From Octopus sinensis (taxonomy: Eukaryota): a DNA stretch of 64,000 nt. The stretch spans positions 98,580,001-98,644,000 of the forward strand of contig NC_043003.1 in assembly GCF_006345805.1 (NCBI RefSeq), read 5' to 3'. The notes under the pieces are model-generated. The model had not been told where the DNA came from, did no database searches, and saw only the letters and a program-made list of their open reading frames with translations. Positions 26,372-38,490 of the stretch are shown piece by piece. Position numbers and translations under genes: made by a program. Each line of letters begins with the position of its first letter. Position 1 is the stretch's first letter.

Positions 26372-26464
26372 TATTTCTTCCTGAAGAGAAAGACACAATA
26401 TGGTCCGCTTATTCAATCGGAATTTGGTAAATTGTGGCTTTCGAAACACGTGTAGAATGCAATA
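26372..26464 (+). ncRNA. Type I hammerhead ribozyme, plus strand
   Basis: Core CTGAAGA at 26381-87. Stem II GAAAGACACAAT/ATTGTGGCTTTC has 11 of 12 pairs. GAAA at 26443-46, palindromic stem III ACACGTGT, GUA cleavage triplet (cut after 26454). Stem I is TTC/GAA, an internal loop, then TATT/AATA. Confidence 0.85.
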
Positions 26465-27441
26465 AAACGATTTCTGTTCAATCTTCGTTCAACTCCATTT
26501 CTTCAATTCACTAATAATATTAAAATTCAATATATCCGCACCAACGCATGGTTGCAACACCATATGGTTGTACCTCCAACGTGCTGTCTTCTGCTGTGAT
26601 TTTTGCTACCAAGGTATCGGTTAAACTTTTGATTATCTGCAACAGATTATTCATCTTTCTATTTCACATAATCATATATATATATATATATATACAGATG
26701 TCGTGCAAACAGCATCTATATATATATATATTATATATATATCTATATATATATTATATATATATATGCATATAAATCTATATTCATATATACAACTATA
26801 TATATGTATTTGTATACAAAGTCTGTTGAGATGCTTTGGAAGAATAACATACGTCCTTTTTACTCCTCTGAGGAGATTTTGCCCAATAAAATGTCTTAAT
26901 TACTGGGGTTTAATTCTTTTGGGCAAATGGAAACAGCTGAAAGTGAACATGTTGAATTTTTGTCGTTAATAATTTATATCAACGCTACTTCTCCATTTTC
27001 TGGATTTTAATTTGAATATTTATAAACCAAGATTTATATTGTGTCTGGGGAGAGTCATTTTCTTTCTGTGCCTTATTATTTAACACTCTCACCAGTAAAA
27101 TTTCCACGTTTTTCTTATTTTTATTTTCCTAAAATTTTCGTTGCGTCTTGCAACCTTTTCAATAGTTTTGACGTGGAAATTTTACCGGTGAGTGTGTTAA
27201 ACGATAAGGCACAAAAAGAAAATGACTCTCCTCAGACACAATAGAATATGCTTCAACACACGAACACATATAAAGAATCTTGCAAACCAAATCCAAAAAC
27301 AGGATTTATAGTTAAATCTATTATTTCAGGTATATTACTATTCACAACAAAATAATAGATAACAAACAAGTAATTCTTTAATATCTAATGTGTGAATTTT
27401 AAACTCTCCCTCTTTTTCTCTCTCTCTCTCTCTCTCTATAC

Positions 27442-27495
<54 letters not shown>

Positions 27496-27829
27496 ATAAT
27501 TACAAAAATGCATACACATATGTATGTGCATATACATATATATTTGATACATATATACATGTATAAATGTCATATTTCTATATTCTTATTGCGAGAAGCC
27601 ACGAGACTTTTGACTTGTTCTTTACAACATTTACCGTCACATATAAAGTTTCTACACTTAAATCCCACGAGTGGTGGCCAATTAAACACTACTAAGATAT
27701 TAGATTCGATTCGATTAACTATATCCCTCTGACCTTTCACAAATTAGCAAGGTGCCTAGACAAAATAAAAATATTTTTATTTTACTATTATTTTAAGTGC
27801 TCAGAAAATAAAACGTTCATTCGCACTTC

Positions 27830-27872
<43 letters not shown>

Positions 27873-27985
27873 ATTTGTGTGTGTGTATGTGTGTGTGTGT
27901 ATGTGTGTGTCTGTATGATTATGTCTGGCATATTTGACATTTTTCTGGAACTAAATTTTATTTTAAATATACATATGTATATATA

Positions 27986-28074
<89 letters not shown>

Positions 28075-28094
28075 CTATATATTATATTACATAT

Positions 28095-28145
<51 letters not shown>

Positions 28146-28459
28146 TAAGATACGATACTTATAATAATATATATCTAATATATATGTATGTACGGATATA
28201 AAGATATAAATATATATATACAAATATATGTACGTGTATCATAGTGTGTTTAAAGAATATAAAATATTAAATATAATAAATAAAAAAGCAAAATTTTCCA
28301 CGAATCTTTGTCAACAGTGAAGCCATTTTAGCACAAATAAGTATAACATTACGACCGAGACCCCCATTGCTGTATTTGGTTGTAAAACAATCGTCAAGGC
28401 CAATTGTGAGTTCAATAGACCGCGCTTAAAACCCAATATGTACAAATATATATATGCAC

Positions 28460-28501
<42 letters not shown>

Positions 28502-28910
28502 TATATATATACACGTATAATATATGTGTACACACATACAATAACAGTTTTGGTTAATGTATAACCTATCCATATATATATTATATATATAATATTATAT
28601 ATATATATAATATATATATACTATACACACACACACCACCACACACACACCCACGCTGCCTCAGCCGACCAAGTCTTTTGAGTGGATTTGGTAGACGGAA
28701 ACTGTAAGGACAAATCAACAGTCACTCCGAGGTTTCGGATAACTTGCCGTACTTAATCTGACAGCGTTTTGTTTGTGAAAAATTAATTAGTTGTATTTTA
28801 AAGTTTAATTATAGAACTTATTTTCCGTTCAATGTTAATTGTTCTTTTATATTGATTTAACTTATAAATATATATACATACATACATACATACATACATG
28901 TATATGGAGC

Positions 28911-28981
<71 letters not shown>

Positions 28982-29295
28982 TACATACATACATATATAT
29001 ACATACAAATACGCACACTATATATATGTATGTGTGTGTATGTCTACTTATATATATAATATATATATATATGTGTGTGGGTGTGTGAGTTGTTGTATAT
29101 ATGTGTATGTATATGTGTGTTATGTGCGTGTATATATTAGATATATACTCATAGACATATACATATCTCTCTCCTCCTCTCTCCCCCATCTCTCTCTCTA
29201 CATATATATATATATACTATATATATATATATATATATGGGTTTCTTTCTTTCGGAACATATATTCATACATTCATATATATATATACCCCCACA

Positions 29296-30549
29296 CGAGG
29301 GGTGTATGAAATGTTTTGAGCTAACCTAGAAACGGGGCTGCTAGATAGCTGAAATAAATTTTGCTGGTAAGTACAGTCTTTTCGGGATATTCTTGCTCAT
29401 TTTCATGATTCTGATATTTTTGAATAAACAACTGTCGAGATTTCAAGGAAAATGGAGAAAGTAGAATATCGTGCTGTCATAAAGTACCTTCATTTGGAAG
29501 GCATGACTCCATCGGAAATCCATGAAGATATGGTGAGGATCATAACAGACAATACTCCTTCATATGCAAAGTCAAAAGGTGGGTAAATGAATTCGAGCGT
29601 GGCAGGGAGAGTGTGGAAGATGATCCCAGACCAGCGAGACCTCCAACTGCAACAACCGAGGAAAACATTGACCTTGCTCTTGGTATGATACTGCAAGGTC
29701 GCCGAATATCATGTCGTCAGAGATAGCCGAGAGACTGGGCATCTCAACTGAAAAAGCAGACAACATTGTGACAAAAAACTTGGGTTCTCAAAGTTTTCCG
29801 CAAGGTGGGTCTCTCGCCTTTTGATTCCTGAACAGAAACACACCAGGTGCACTTTGTCCACGAGCAATCCAGAACTGTTTGAAACCGATGAATAGAATTT
29901 TCTTGCTCGTTTCATTACTATGGACGAAATTTGGGTTCATCACTACCAGCCTGAAACCAAAAAACAATCAAAGCAGTGGAAACACACGTCTTCTCCTACC
30001 TCAAAGAAGGTCAGTGTCATTCCTTCAGCTGACAAGGTCATGGCGTCTGTTTTTTGGGGGATTCTGAAGGAGTCTTGCTGATCAGTTACATTGAAAAAGG
30101 TCACACCGTGTATTATTCTCAGCTACTGAAACGCCTCCGAGAAGCAATCAAAGAAAAAAGCTGGGAATACTCACCGAAGGAGTCGTTTTTCATCACGACA
30201 ATGCTCCAGCCCACACATCAGTGGTTGCCATGGGAACAATTCGTGATTGTGGATACGAACTTGTTCCCCATCCGCATTATTCGCCAGATTTAGCCCCTCT
30301 GATTTTCATCTATTCCCCAAAATGAAACAAGCCCTAGCAGGTCGCCATTTTGCCATTGACAATGACATCATAGAGGCCGTAGAAAGTTTCTTAGAGTTTC
30401 AAACAAAAGAGTTCCCCGCCGGGATAATGGCGCTTTAGCACCGCTGGAGAAAGTACTCAGCCATCGAGAGTGACTATGTTGAAAAATAAATCATCAGAAG
30501 TCTTGTACTATGTTTTGTTTGAGGTTCAAGACTTTACATACACCCCTCC
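29296..30549 (+). mobile_element. Full-length mariner (DD34D) transposon, inactive
   Basis: Terminal inverted repeats cgaggggtgtatgaaatgttttgagc and gttcaagactttacatacacccctcc, with TA on the right flank. Length is about 1.25 kb. Confidence 0.93.
29452..30489 (+). pseudogene. Mariner transposase pseudogene with several frameshifts and stops
   Basis: MEKVEYRAVIKYLHLEGMTPSEIH..., FITMDEIWVHHYQPETK, MASVFWGDSEGV, HDNAPAH, YSPDLAPSDFHLFP, ...DYVEK*. Confidence 0.92.
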
Positions 30550-30584
<35 letters not shown>

Positions 30585-31214
30585 CATATTGATAGATAAT
30601 CTTTTAAATTTGTATACAAGAAATATGCATATAAAGCTCTTATTTTATTATGCCGGGCACAGTCTAATGATGCTGACATGAAAAGGGATAAACAACCTTG
30701 ACTTAAACTTCCATTAATGCTATATCACCTGAAAAAACGAATCCATGAAGAAACACATCCACGCATACTACGGACTACACTGTAATCATCTCAGGAATAC
30801 GGACTATGATCTTAAGAGACGCGTGTTATGTGGATGCTGTGTTTACGTCCCCGTAACTTAGCGGTCCGGCAAAGTGCTGACCGATTGAATAAGTGCTCGG
30901 CTAAAGGCGGTGCTCCAGCATGGCCGCAGTCAAATGACTGAAACAAGTAAAAGAGAAAAGAGAAAGATATATATATATATATATATATATACAAGGCAAT
31001 AAGAAAATTGAGGGGATCAAGAGGTGGTATTCATCAAATTTTAGACATTATATTATGTCTATTTATTTACTAAAAAAAAACAATTATAACATTATACATA
31101 CATGTATAACATATTATGCTTTTACATATATAAAAATACCAGTAATTATTAAGATATATAACGTAGAACATAGAAAGTAGAATAGTTTCTTATAGCTGTT
31201 TCAGTCAAGTGAAC

Positions 31215-31460
31215 ATCGTACCCATCTTTACTTACATTGCCAAATTTCATATTTATTTTTTTGGTAAATCCATGTACTGTTTGTAGTAATATTTCCAGCT
31301 GTTTATCATTTGTAGCATACAGTTTTAGATCATCCATATACAAGAGATGGTTGATTGTTTTGCCGTAACAGTTGTATCCACATCCAGTTCTGATTAGCAT
31401 GTCAGATAAAGGTGCCAATGCAAGCAGAAAAGGAGTAGAGAGGGCTTGTTTCCCTGGATC
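31215..31460 (-). mobile_element. R4/Dong-type reverse transcriptase fragment
   Basis: LALAPLSDMLIRTGCGY..KTINHLLYMDDLKLYATNDKQLEILLQTVH..INMKFG contains the YMDD catalytic motif. Confidence 0.9.
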
Positions 31461-31467
31461 ATTATTA

Positions 31468-31557
<90 letters not shown>

Positions 31558-31562
31558 TATTA

Positions 31563-31838
31563 TTCAGTAGTATATTTTTTATATCGTGCTTTCATATCAC
31601 TTCACTACGAGCACAGCTCTGTGTGCCTTGGGTATGTGCTGTGATTTGTTGTGATGCTCTGATGGTTATTGTATGGAAAGTGTTCTGCGTAGGATGTGTG
31701 TAGTGCCTAGTAGTGCCATTTTCTGTATGTTATATGTGTTTGCAAGTCCTGGTGATTTTGTTATGTATTTGTCTGAATATTTTTTTATCATGCCTAATGC
31801 ACCTATTATGATAGGAATTGTTTCTGTTTTTAGATTTA
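31563..31838 (-). mobile_element. R4/Dong 3' end, same family as 12876-13419
   Basis: Near-identical to 13145-13419 in reverse, flanked by (TTA)n. Confidence 0.92.
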
Positions 31839-31884
<46 letters not shown>

Positions 31885-31893
<9 letters not shown>

Positions 31894-32137
31894 GGCGATG
31901 TACTACGGTGTCAATAAACTCATGTAACACCCCTTATTTTTCTAGTACCTTCCGGAATATTCGAGCGGTTCCAAGCAGTGCTACTTTCTGAAATTGCTCC
32001 ACCCTCATTTGTTCCATGTACTTCTCAAGATTTTTACTCACTGTTCCCAGGGCTTCCACAATTACTGGTACTACTACCACCTATTTCATCGACCACAACT
32101 GCTTAACTTCCCAAGCTAACCTGTCATATCTATCGAC

Positions 32138-32138
<1 letters not shown>
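31885..32138 (-). mobile_element. R4/Dong 3' end, second family
   Basis: YDRLAWEVKQLWSMK.VVVVPVIVEALGTVSKNLEKY...FQKVALLGTARIFRKVLEK*. (TAA)n on both sides. Confidence 0.85.
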
Positions 32139-32197
<59 letters not shown>

Positions 32198-32401
32198 TTT
32201 TCTTTTCTTCTTTCAAATTTGCTTCCATTTCTTGCCGAGTGTCTTCCCGACTCCTAGGGCAAAGAAACTCATAGTATACATTGGTAGGCCATTAAACCAA
32301 ACTCAGTAGTTCGTTCATTTTTTTTTTTAAGTTAAATTAAAATACATGAGCAGCAACAGTTCTCACATCGACAATGCTCTTCTTAATACGTGTGATGTAC
32401 C

Positions 32402-32471
<70 letters not shown>

Positions 32472-33690
32472 TATTATTATTATTATTTTCATTATTATTA
32501 TTACTATCATTATTTTTATTATTATTATTACTATCATTATTAGTATTACCATTATTATTATTATTATTATTGTTGTTGTTGTTGTTGATATTGTTATTGT
32601 TGTTGTTGTCGTCGTCGTTGTTATTATGATTCTATAAGAATTCTCTGCTTAATTTATAACACTGCGCTTGGATTTCCAGTTAAGAGCTACTGTATAATTA
32701 AAAACCATGAATTCTCTTGTGGAACAACAGGATGCTCACGGAAATGCTTATCAAGGGTTTAGCATTGATTGACACCAACCAGTCTGTGGCAGAAAACATT
32801 AAAGTGATAGAAATTCTCACCAAACCGTGTTCTGAAGTCGCTAGAAATCTTGCTAGTTGTTCTGATTTGAAACCTGAAAACTCGAATATAGCCAACTTAA
32901 GATTCTTCACTTAGATTTATCCCCCTGTGAGATGATCTCTCAGCTCTTTCTACTTCCTTTGTAAGACATACACCATATACCATATACGCGTTCAACAACG
33001 ATATCCTCGAAAGTTAGTGTAGACATATATTGTCCTTGCGTTTTAATGTCGACCTCGGCTATACATGCATAGATATAAACATACATACATATACCATTGT
33101 ATATAATTATTTCATTTATTCTCCATTATGTTTAGAAAATATGTATATAGATATATGCCACATAACAAATTCAACTAGAATATCCACTTTATCTTACTCA
33201 TTGAAAACATTTAAGTATCACATACATACTTTCAGAAATGGTTTTTAAATTTACACATGGAAAACTTTAAGTAACACATACATACTTTCAGAAATGGTTT
33301 TTAAATATAAACAAGCATACTCGTATACATAATACATAAATCACTTTAAGTAATCAAGGTATGAAAACATATTGTTTATTTGCTGGTCATTCTAGTCGAG
33401 GAACCACTATTATCTTCTACCTTATTACCAATGGCATAATAACCAACTCAACATACATACAAGCATACTTACACACACATTCTTAAATCTATCTATCTAT
33501 CTATATATAAATATATATAGATATATAAATATATATATATATACATATACATCTATATATATATACATGTATATATACACCATATATATATATATACATA
33601 TATATACATACCATATATATACATATACGTATATATATAAATATACACATATAGACATATATATATATACATATATATATGTATATATAT

Positions 33691-33754
<64 letters not shown>

Positions 33755-33829
33755 ATAATATATCTTATATTATATATATATATATGAAAAACAGTAAAAA
33801 ATAAAATGCTAAAATAATTTTATAGTGAA

Positions 33830-33876
33830 CATTTCAGTACCGTTTCGGTCATTTTGAGACCTTTTCAACTGTAACG
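33830..33876 (-). ncRNA. Minimal type I hammerhead with U3:A8 core variant
   Basis: Minus strand reads CGTTACAG-TTGAAAA-GGTC-TCAAAAT-GACC-GAAA-CG-GTA-CTGAAATG. Stem II has 4 bp, stem I has 7 of 8 pairs, and the triplet is GUA. Confidence 0.7.
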
Positions 33877-34559
33877 ATTAATAATTAATTTAGAAAAATT
33901 AGAAGAAAAGTTTTTTTAAAAGAATATTTCTATAGTAGTGTTCAGATTTAAGTGGCATTCTGCCTTTCTCTGACTCCCTTGTTTGCACTTGTGTGTTCGA
34001 GGTAGTTGTAAGTTCTTGGTAGGGTAGTAGAGGGAAGGCTGGTGAGGAAGGGGGTGGGAGAAATCTGGAGTGCCCTGATGGTCGTATTTTGAATGGTCAG
34101 TGGCGGCTGGCAGTCTCAGTTCAATTCAGGAGAATATTTATATTGACAGGCTTGTTTATAGAATTAGCGTAGGTGTTATACTAAAAAACATTAGTGACAA
34201 ACTTAAGGGGTAGGGGGTGGAGAAGAAGAAGAAGAAGAAGGGAAGGAGAAGGAGAAGATGAACGATGATGGTGATGGTGGTGATGATTATGACGACGATG
34301 ATGATGATAACGATGATGATGAAGAAGAAGAAGAAGAAGGAGGAGAAGGAGAAGATGGTGGTGATGATGGTGGCGATGATGATGATGCCGATGATGATGA
34401 TAATAACGATGATGATGAAGAAGAAGAGGAAGAAGAAGAAGAGAAAAAAACAGAGAAGGGAGAATATGAGGGTGTAAATATAGCTATGAAGGGGCTGATT
34501 AGTAATGGATTCTATGAGTGTAGTATTTGTGTGTGTATATATATTTTTTTCTTTTATTC

Positions 34560-35425
34560 TAAAGTTGAGGTATATTAATTGTTTGTCGTAGACCCGTTAA
34601 GAAGTGGCTTGTATTTTGTAATAAGAGATTTTCTTTACTTATTCGTTGTCTCGAGGTTGTATCGTCCCTAAATTGGTAGAGGGGGAAAATTCTGAAGTTT
34701 GGTGTTTTTTTGTTGGCGCAAGTATCTATGTGTTGGCTAAAAGCTATTTTTCTGTTTTGGGGAATTTTTATCTGGGATCTGTGCAGGGCCATTCGTTTAC
34801 GCAAACCATTTTTTTTTTGGCCTATGTACTGCTCTTGACACCCGAGCAGGTTAGTGAGTATATTAGGTTCTCCGAAGCACATGTGAAGTTGCTTTTCACT
34901 GTAAAACGTTGTCCCTGTTTGAAGGAGAACTCAGAACCCTCGATTAGATAGTCGCATATCCCGCAATTGGGTCTTCCACATTTTTTTACTGTCGGCTTCT
35001 GTGTTGAAGAGTGAATTCGGGCTTGTGTAAGGAGGCTTTTCATGGATCTAGGCTGTCTTTTGCTTTTTATGATCGTGTGTGTTTGGAGGATTGTGTTCAT
35101 TCTGTTCTTTTTTTTAGGAGGGGTATGTTGTGGAGGATGGTGTCGAAGGCTTCGTTATTGAGAGGGTTGTGTGTGGAGATGTATGGTAAGGCTTTTGGTT
35201 GTAAGTTTTTTCTTTGATTTGGGATGTCTCAGTTCCTTGATGTTAAGTTGAAGGGCACGTTGAATGCATTTGTCAATAAGTGAAGGTGGATAGTTCCTGG
35301 TGATTAGGGTATCTTTTAGTTCTTGTAGTCGTGTGTCTCTGGTGTTTGCGTTAGAGACTATAGTGCATATCCTTTTTGCTAGATTGAAGGGGATATTCAT
35401 CCTGGTGTGTCTGGGGTGGCATGAA
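34560..35425 (-). mobile_element. Penelope-like element, 3' part of ORF (RT thumb, Cys linker, GIY-YIG endonuclease), frameshifted
   Basis: Joined frames read QYLPFNSCHPRHTRMNIPFNLAKRICTIVS...RNYPPSLID, then KCGRPNCGICDY...FTCASENLIYSLTC...QYIGQ..NGLRKRMALHR...FSQHID. Confidence 0.9.
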
Positions 35426-35460
35426 TTGAATGGAAGATATTGCTTAGAAGATATTGCTTA

Positions 35461-35500
<40 letters not shown>

Positions 35501-35804
35501 AAGATACTTTTTATCTTATATTAAACTTTTTAATACTTTTTTATAGTTATATATTTTTTATAAAAAAAAGTTTAAAAGTTTAAAAATTTATTAAATTAAG
35601 AATTTATTAATTTAAAATTTACAAAATATTTAAAAAATATAAAAATTTATAAATATAAATCAAAAATTTTAAATTTAAATAATGTAGATTTTAAATTTTA
35701 TATTTTATATATTTTGTATATAATATTAATTTTTTTTTAAAAATGTTTTTGGTTAATGTTTTTCACTGTTTGATTTGCCTAATAGTGGTTTTATATCTAA
35801 TTTA

Positions 35805-35845
<41 letters not shown>

Positions 35846-35889
35846 CACATACATATAAATATATATATTTTATATATATATGTATTCAC

Positions 35890-36135
35890 ATATAGGTACA
35901 GGACGACACCAACTGTGTAAACACCATGAAGTACGATAACTAACCAGTTAAGCACGCAAACAACGAGAGAAAAGGGAAAACAGGACAAGTAAGATAGAGA
36001 CGGACTCTTCATCAGTTGTTGCCTGACTGTCTACCGCTCATTTCGAGCATTCAACGACAATATGAGTCTTCGAAGACAGTTACTCCCATAATTTCCGAAA
36101 TAAAATTTTGGATTTATGGAAGGTCAATGTTTGGA
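35890..36135 (-). mobile_element. pLTR-like repeat, family 1
   Basis: Colinear with 4060-4300 (ggtacaggac...cttcatcagttg...atttcgagca...cttcgaa). Confidence 0.65.
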
Positions 36136-36241
36136 ACAAAAACAGGATAGTGGAGACATATAGAAATATATATATATACACATAGTGAAACTAATCGAAA
36201 TGTAACTATTAACATACATACAAACATGATATATATATATA

Positions 36242-36279
<38 letters not shown>

Positions 36280-36974
36280 CATACATATATACATACATAT
36301 ATATATATATAATATATATATATATATATTATATATATATATATATATCATATATATACATACAGTGAAACTATAAAAATGAACCTATTGAAAGTGAACT
36401 ATATAAAAGCGAAACTAATATATCACATTACAATAGAGATGTTATTGTTTCACTATGGACAAGTAAACCAAAACAGTGTAAAAGATTGCTCCCCGGTCGC
36501 ATTAGGCAAGAAGTTGAAAAGTGTTTGCCCCATGACACTGCATAGACCCTAAATAATGTGTAAAAGTTGAATGAAATCGGTTGCGTTGTTCTCAAGTTTT
36601 AGTTATTCACACATACAGAAACACACACACACGCACACACACATACACACAAACACACACACACACACACACACACACCACCACCACACACATATATATA
36701 TATCAAAAATACAAAAATGGGACAGGAACGCAAAACATCCAGTCAGTTAGGTGTTACAAAAAAGGGACAACAAAACATCCAGATAGCCGAGGCCATTCAG
36801 AGTTTTCTTTTCTCAGTTGAGTTCCAGATTGTCTTTGCAATTTCGACTGGTTATACTCGAGATTGCTCAAATCTGGTCAGCTCCAAGGAAAAAGTAAGCT
36901 AAGAGCTCTAGTTTCCGTGGAAGAAAGCGGCGAATGTATACGAAAACAAGGACGGAAAAAAACGGAGAAATGGT

Positions 36975-37290
36975 ACACAAATACACTCTGGGTCAAGAGG
37001 GTGGCTGCTGGAAGACCCTAGATCCTGCAACAAGACTGCACCATGCCACACAAGCAGGAGAACCCAGTTATGTCTGTCAGACAATTTCTGCGACCACTTC
37101 GCCCCTCACTGAAGGCAAGAATTATGGCACCATTCACTTAAACAAGAAGACCGTCCAGAAGAGCTGCAGGAGATTCCGAAGTCGTCTGGAGACCGTGGTT
37201 GAAGGCAATGACGATTGTATTGAATAAACGTACTCTTTAGTATTTCAAGTTACTTTTATGTAATTTTAGTAAATATATCTGTTAAAGTCG
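36975..37290 (+). mobile_element. Tc1/mariner-superfamily (maT/DD37D-like) transposase 3' fragment
   Basis: LWVKRVAAGRP.ILQQD.APCHTSRRTQ..LSDNFCDH (frameshifted), then NKKTVQKSCRRFRSRLETVVEGNDDCIE*. Confidence 0.75.
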
Positions 37291-37593
37291 CATGGCGCAG
37301 TGGTCAGAGCGTCGAGCTTACGATGGTGAGGTTGTGAGTTCGATACCTGGACCGGGCTGCGTGTTGTATTCTTGAGCAAGACACTTTATTTCACGTTGCT
37401 CCAGTTCACTCAGCTGTAGAAATGAGTTGCGACGTCACAGGTGCCAAGCTGTATCGGGCTTTGCCTTTCCCTTGGATAACACTGGTGGCGTGGAGAGTAG
37501 AGGCCGGTATGCATGGGCGACTGCTGGTCTTCCATAAATAACCTTTCCCGGACATGTTCCTGGGAGGGTAACTTTTTAAGTGCAATCCCATGG
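37291..37593 (+). mobile_element. SINE family 3 (tRNA-like head)
   Basis: A-box TGGCGCAGTGG, B-box GAGTTCGATACC, then CTTGAGCAAGACACTTTATTTCAC. Copies at about 56195-56505 (plus) and 9045-9345, 18480-18600, 53340-53550 (minus). Confidence 0.8.
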
Positions 37594-37959
37594 TCAGCTT
37601 CTGTTAAAATTAGATGTCTGAGTTATTTTCATTTTTGCGTAATTTAGACGGCAGTTTATTCCCTGCACCCTGTATATGCCAATGTGTATCTATACACGCA
37701 CATAAATCAGGCTTCTCTCAGTTTCCATTTATCAATTTCACTGACATAGTTTCGGTCGACCCTAGGCTATATCAGGAGATACTTGCCCAAGGTGTCACAC
37801 AATAGAACTGAATCTGAAACCGCTTCGTCGGGAAGCAGATTTCTTAGCACTCAATCATGCGTATGTATAATATATATTTGCGTACCTGTGTTTGTGTTTG
37901 TGTGTTTGCATGTGTGCGCGCACTCGGGTTTGTGTATGTGTGCGTGTATGTGTATACAA

Positions 37960-38490
37960 GAAGAAGCAGAAGGAGAAGAAGACTGAGAAGGAAGAAGAGG
38001 AAGAGGAAGAGGAGGAGGACGAGGAAGAGGAAGAGGAGGAAGTGGAAGACGAGGAAGTGGAAGTGGAGGAAGTGGAAGATGAGGAAGAGGAGGAAGAAGG
38101 GGAAGAGGAAGTGGAGGAAGAGGAAAATAAAGACGAGGAAGAAGAAGATAAAGACGAGGCAGAAGAGGAAGAGAGGAAGAAGAGGAAGATGAGGAAGAGG
38201 GAAGGGGAGGAAGGGGAAGATAAAGACGAGGAAGAAGAGGAAGAGGGAAGAGGGAAGGGGAGGAAGGGGAAGATAAAGACGAGGAAGAAGAGGAAGAGGG
38301 AAGAGGGAAGGGGAGGAAGGGGAAGATAAAGACGAGGAAGAAGAGGAAGAGGGAAGAGGGAAGGGGAGGAAGGGGAAGATAAAGACGAGGAAGAAGAGGA
38401 AGGGGAGGAAGATAAAGACGAGGAAGAAGAGGAGGAGGAAGGAGAGGAAGGAGAGGAAGAGGAAGAGGAAGAGGAAGTGGTGGAGGTGAA
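37960..38490 (+). repeat. Polypurine (GAA/GAG/GGA) tract with a higher-order unit of about 53 bp
   Basis: ATAAAGACGAGG anchor recurs 7 times between about 38125 and 38425. Confidence 0.9.

Larger units (their letters stand above)
26066..26512. mobile_element. 447-bp near-perfect fold-back element, probably an inverted duplication of a Penelope-type terminal repeat (pLTR)
   Basis: Arms 26066-26284 and 26294-26512 are reverse complements except for 2 nt (GA at 26171-72 vs CG at 26406-07). Loop is AAACACTTG. Each arm carries a hammerhead followed by AATAAA. Confidence 0.9.

Noticed and set aside
26148-26430. Two near-identical 82-aa ORFs on opposite strands
   Set aside because: They are a direct consequence of the inverted repeat, show no protein-like features, and the sequence is better explained as structured RNA.
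32740-32784. Other splice-site-bounded minus-strand segments (also about 19720-19800, 40630-40765 and 49914-49985)
   Set aside because: No recognisable peptides or consistent frame chain, and such sites are expected by chance in 64 kb.
37291-37360. tRNA genes at A-box/B-box motifs
   Set aside because: They continue into SINE bodies and I found no full cloverleaf.
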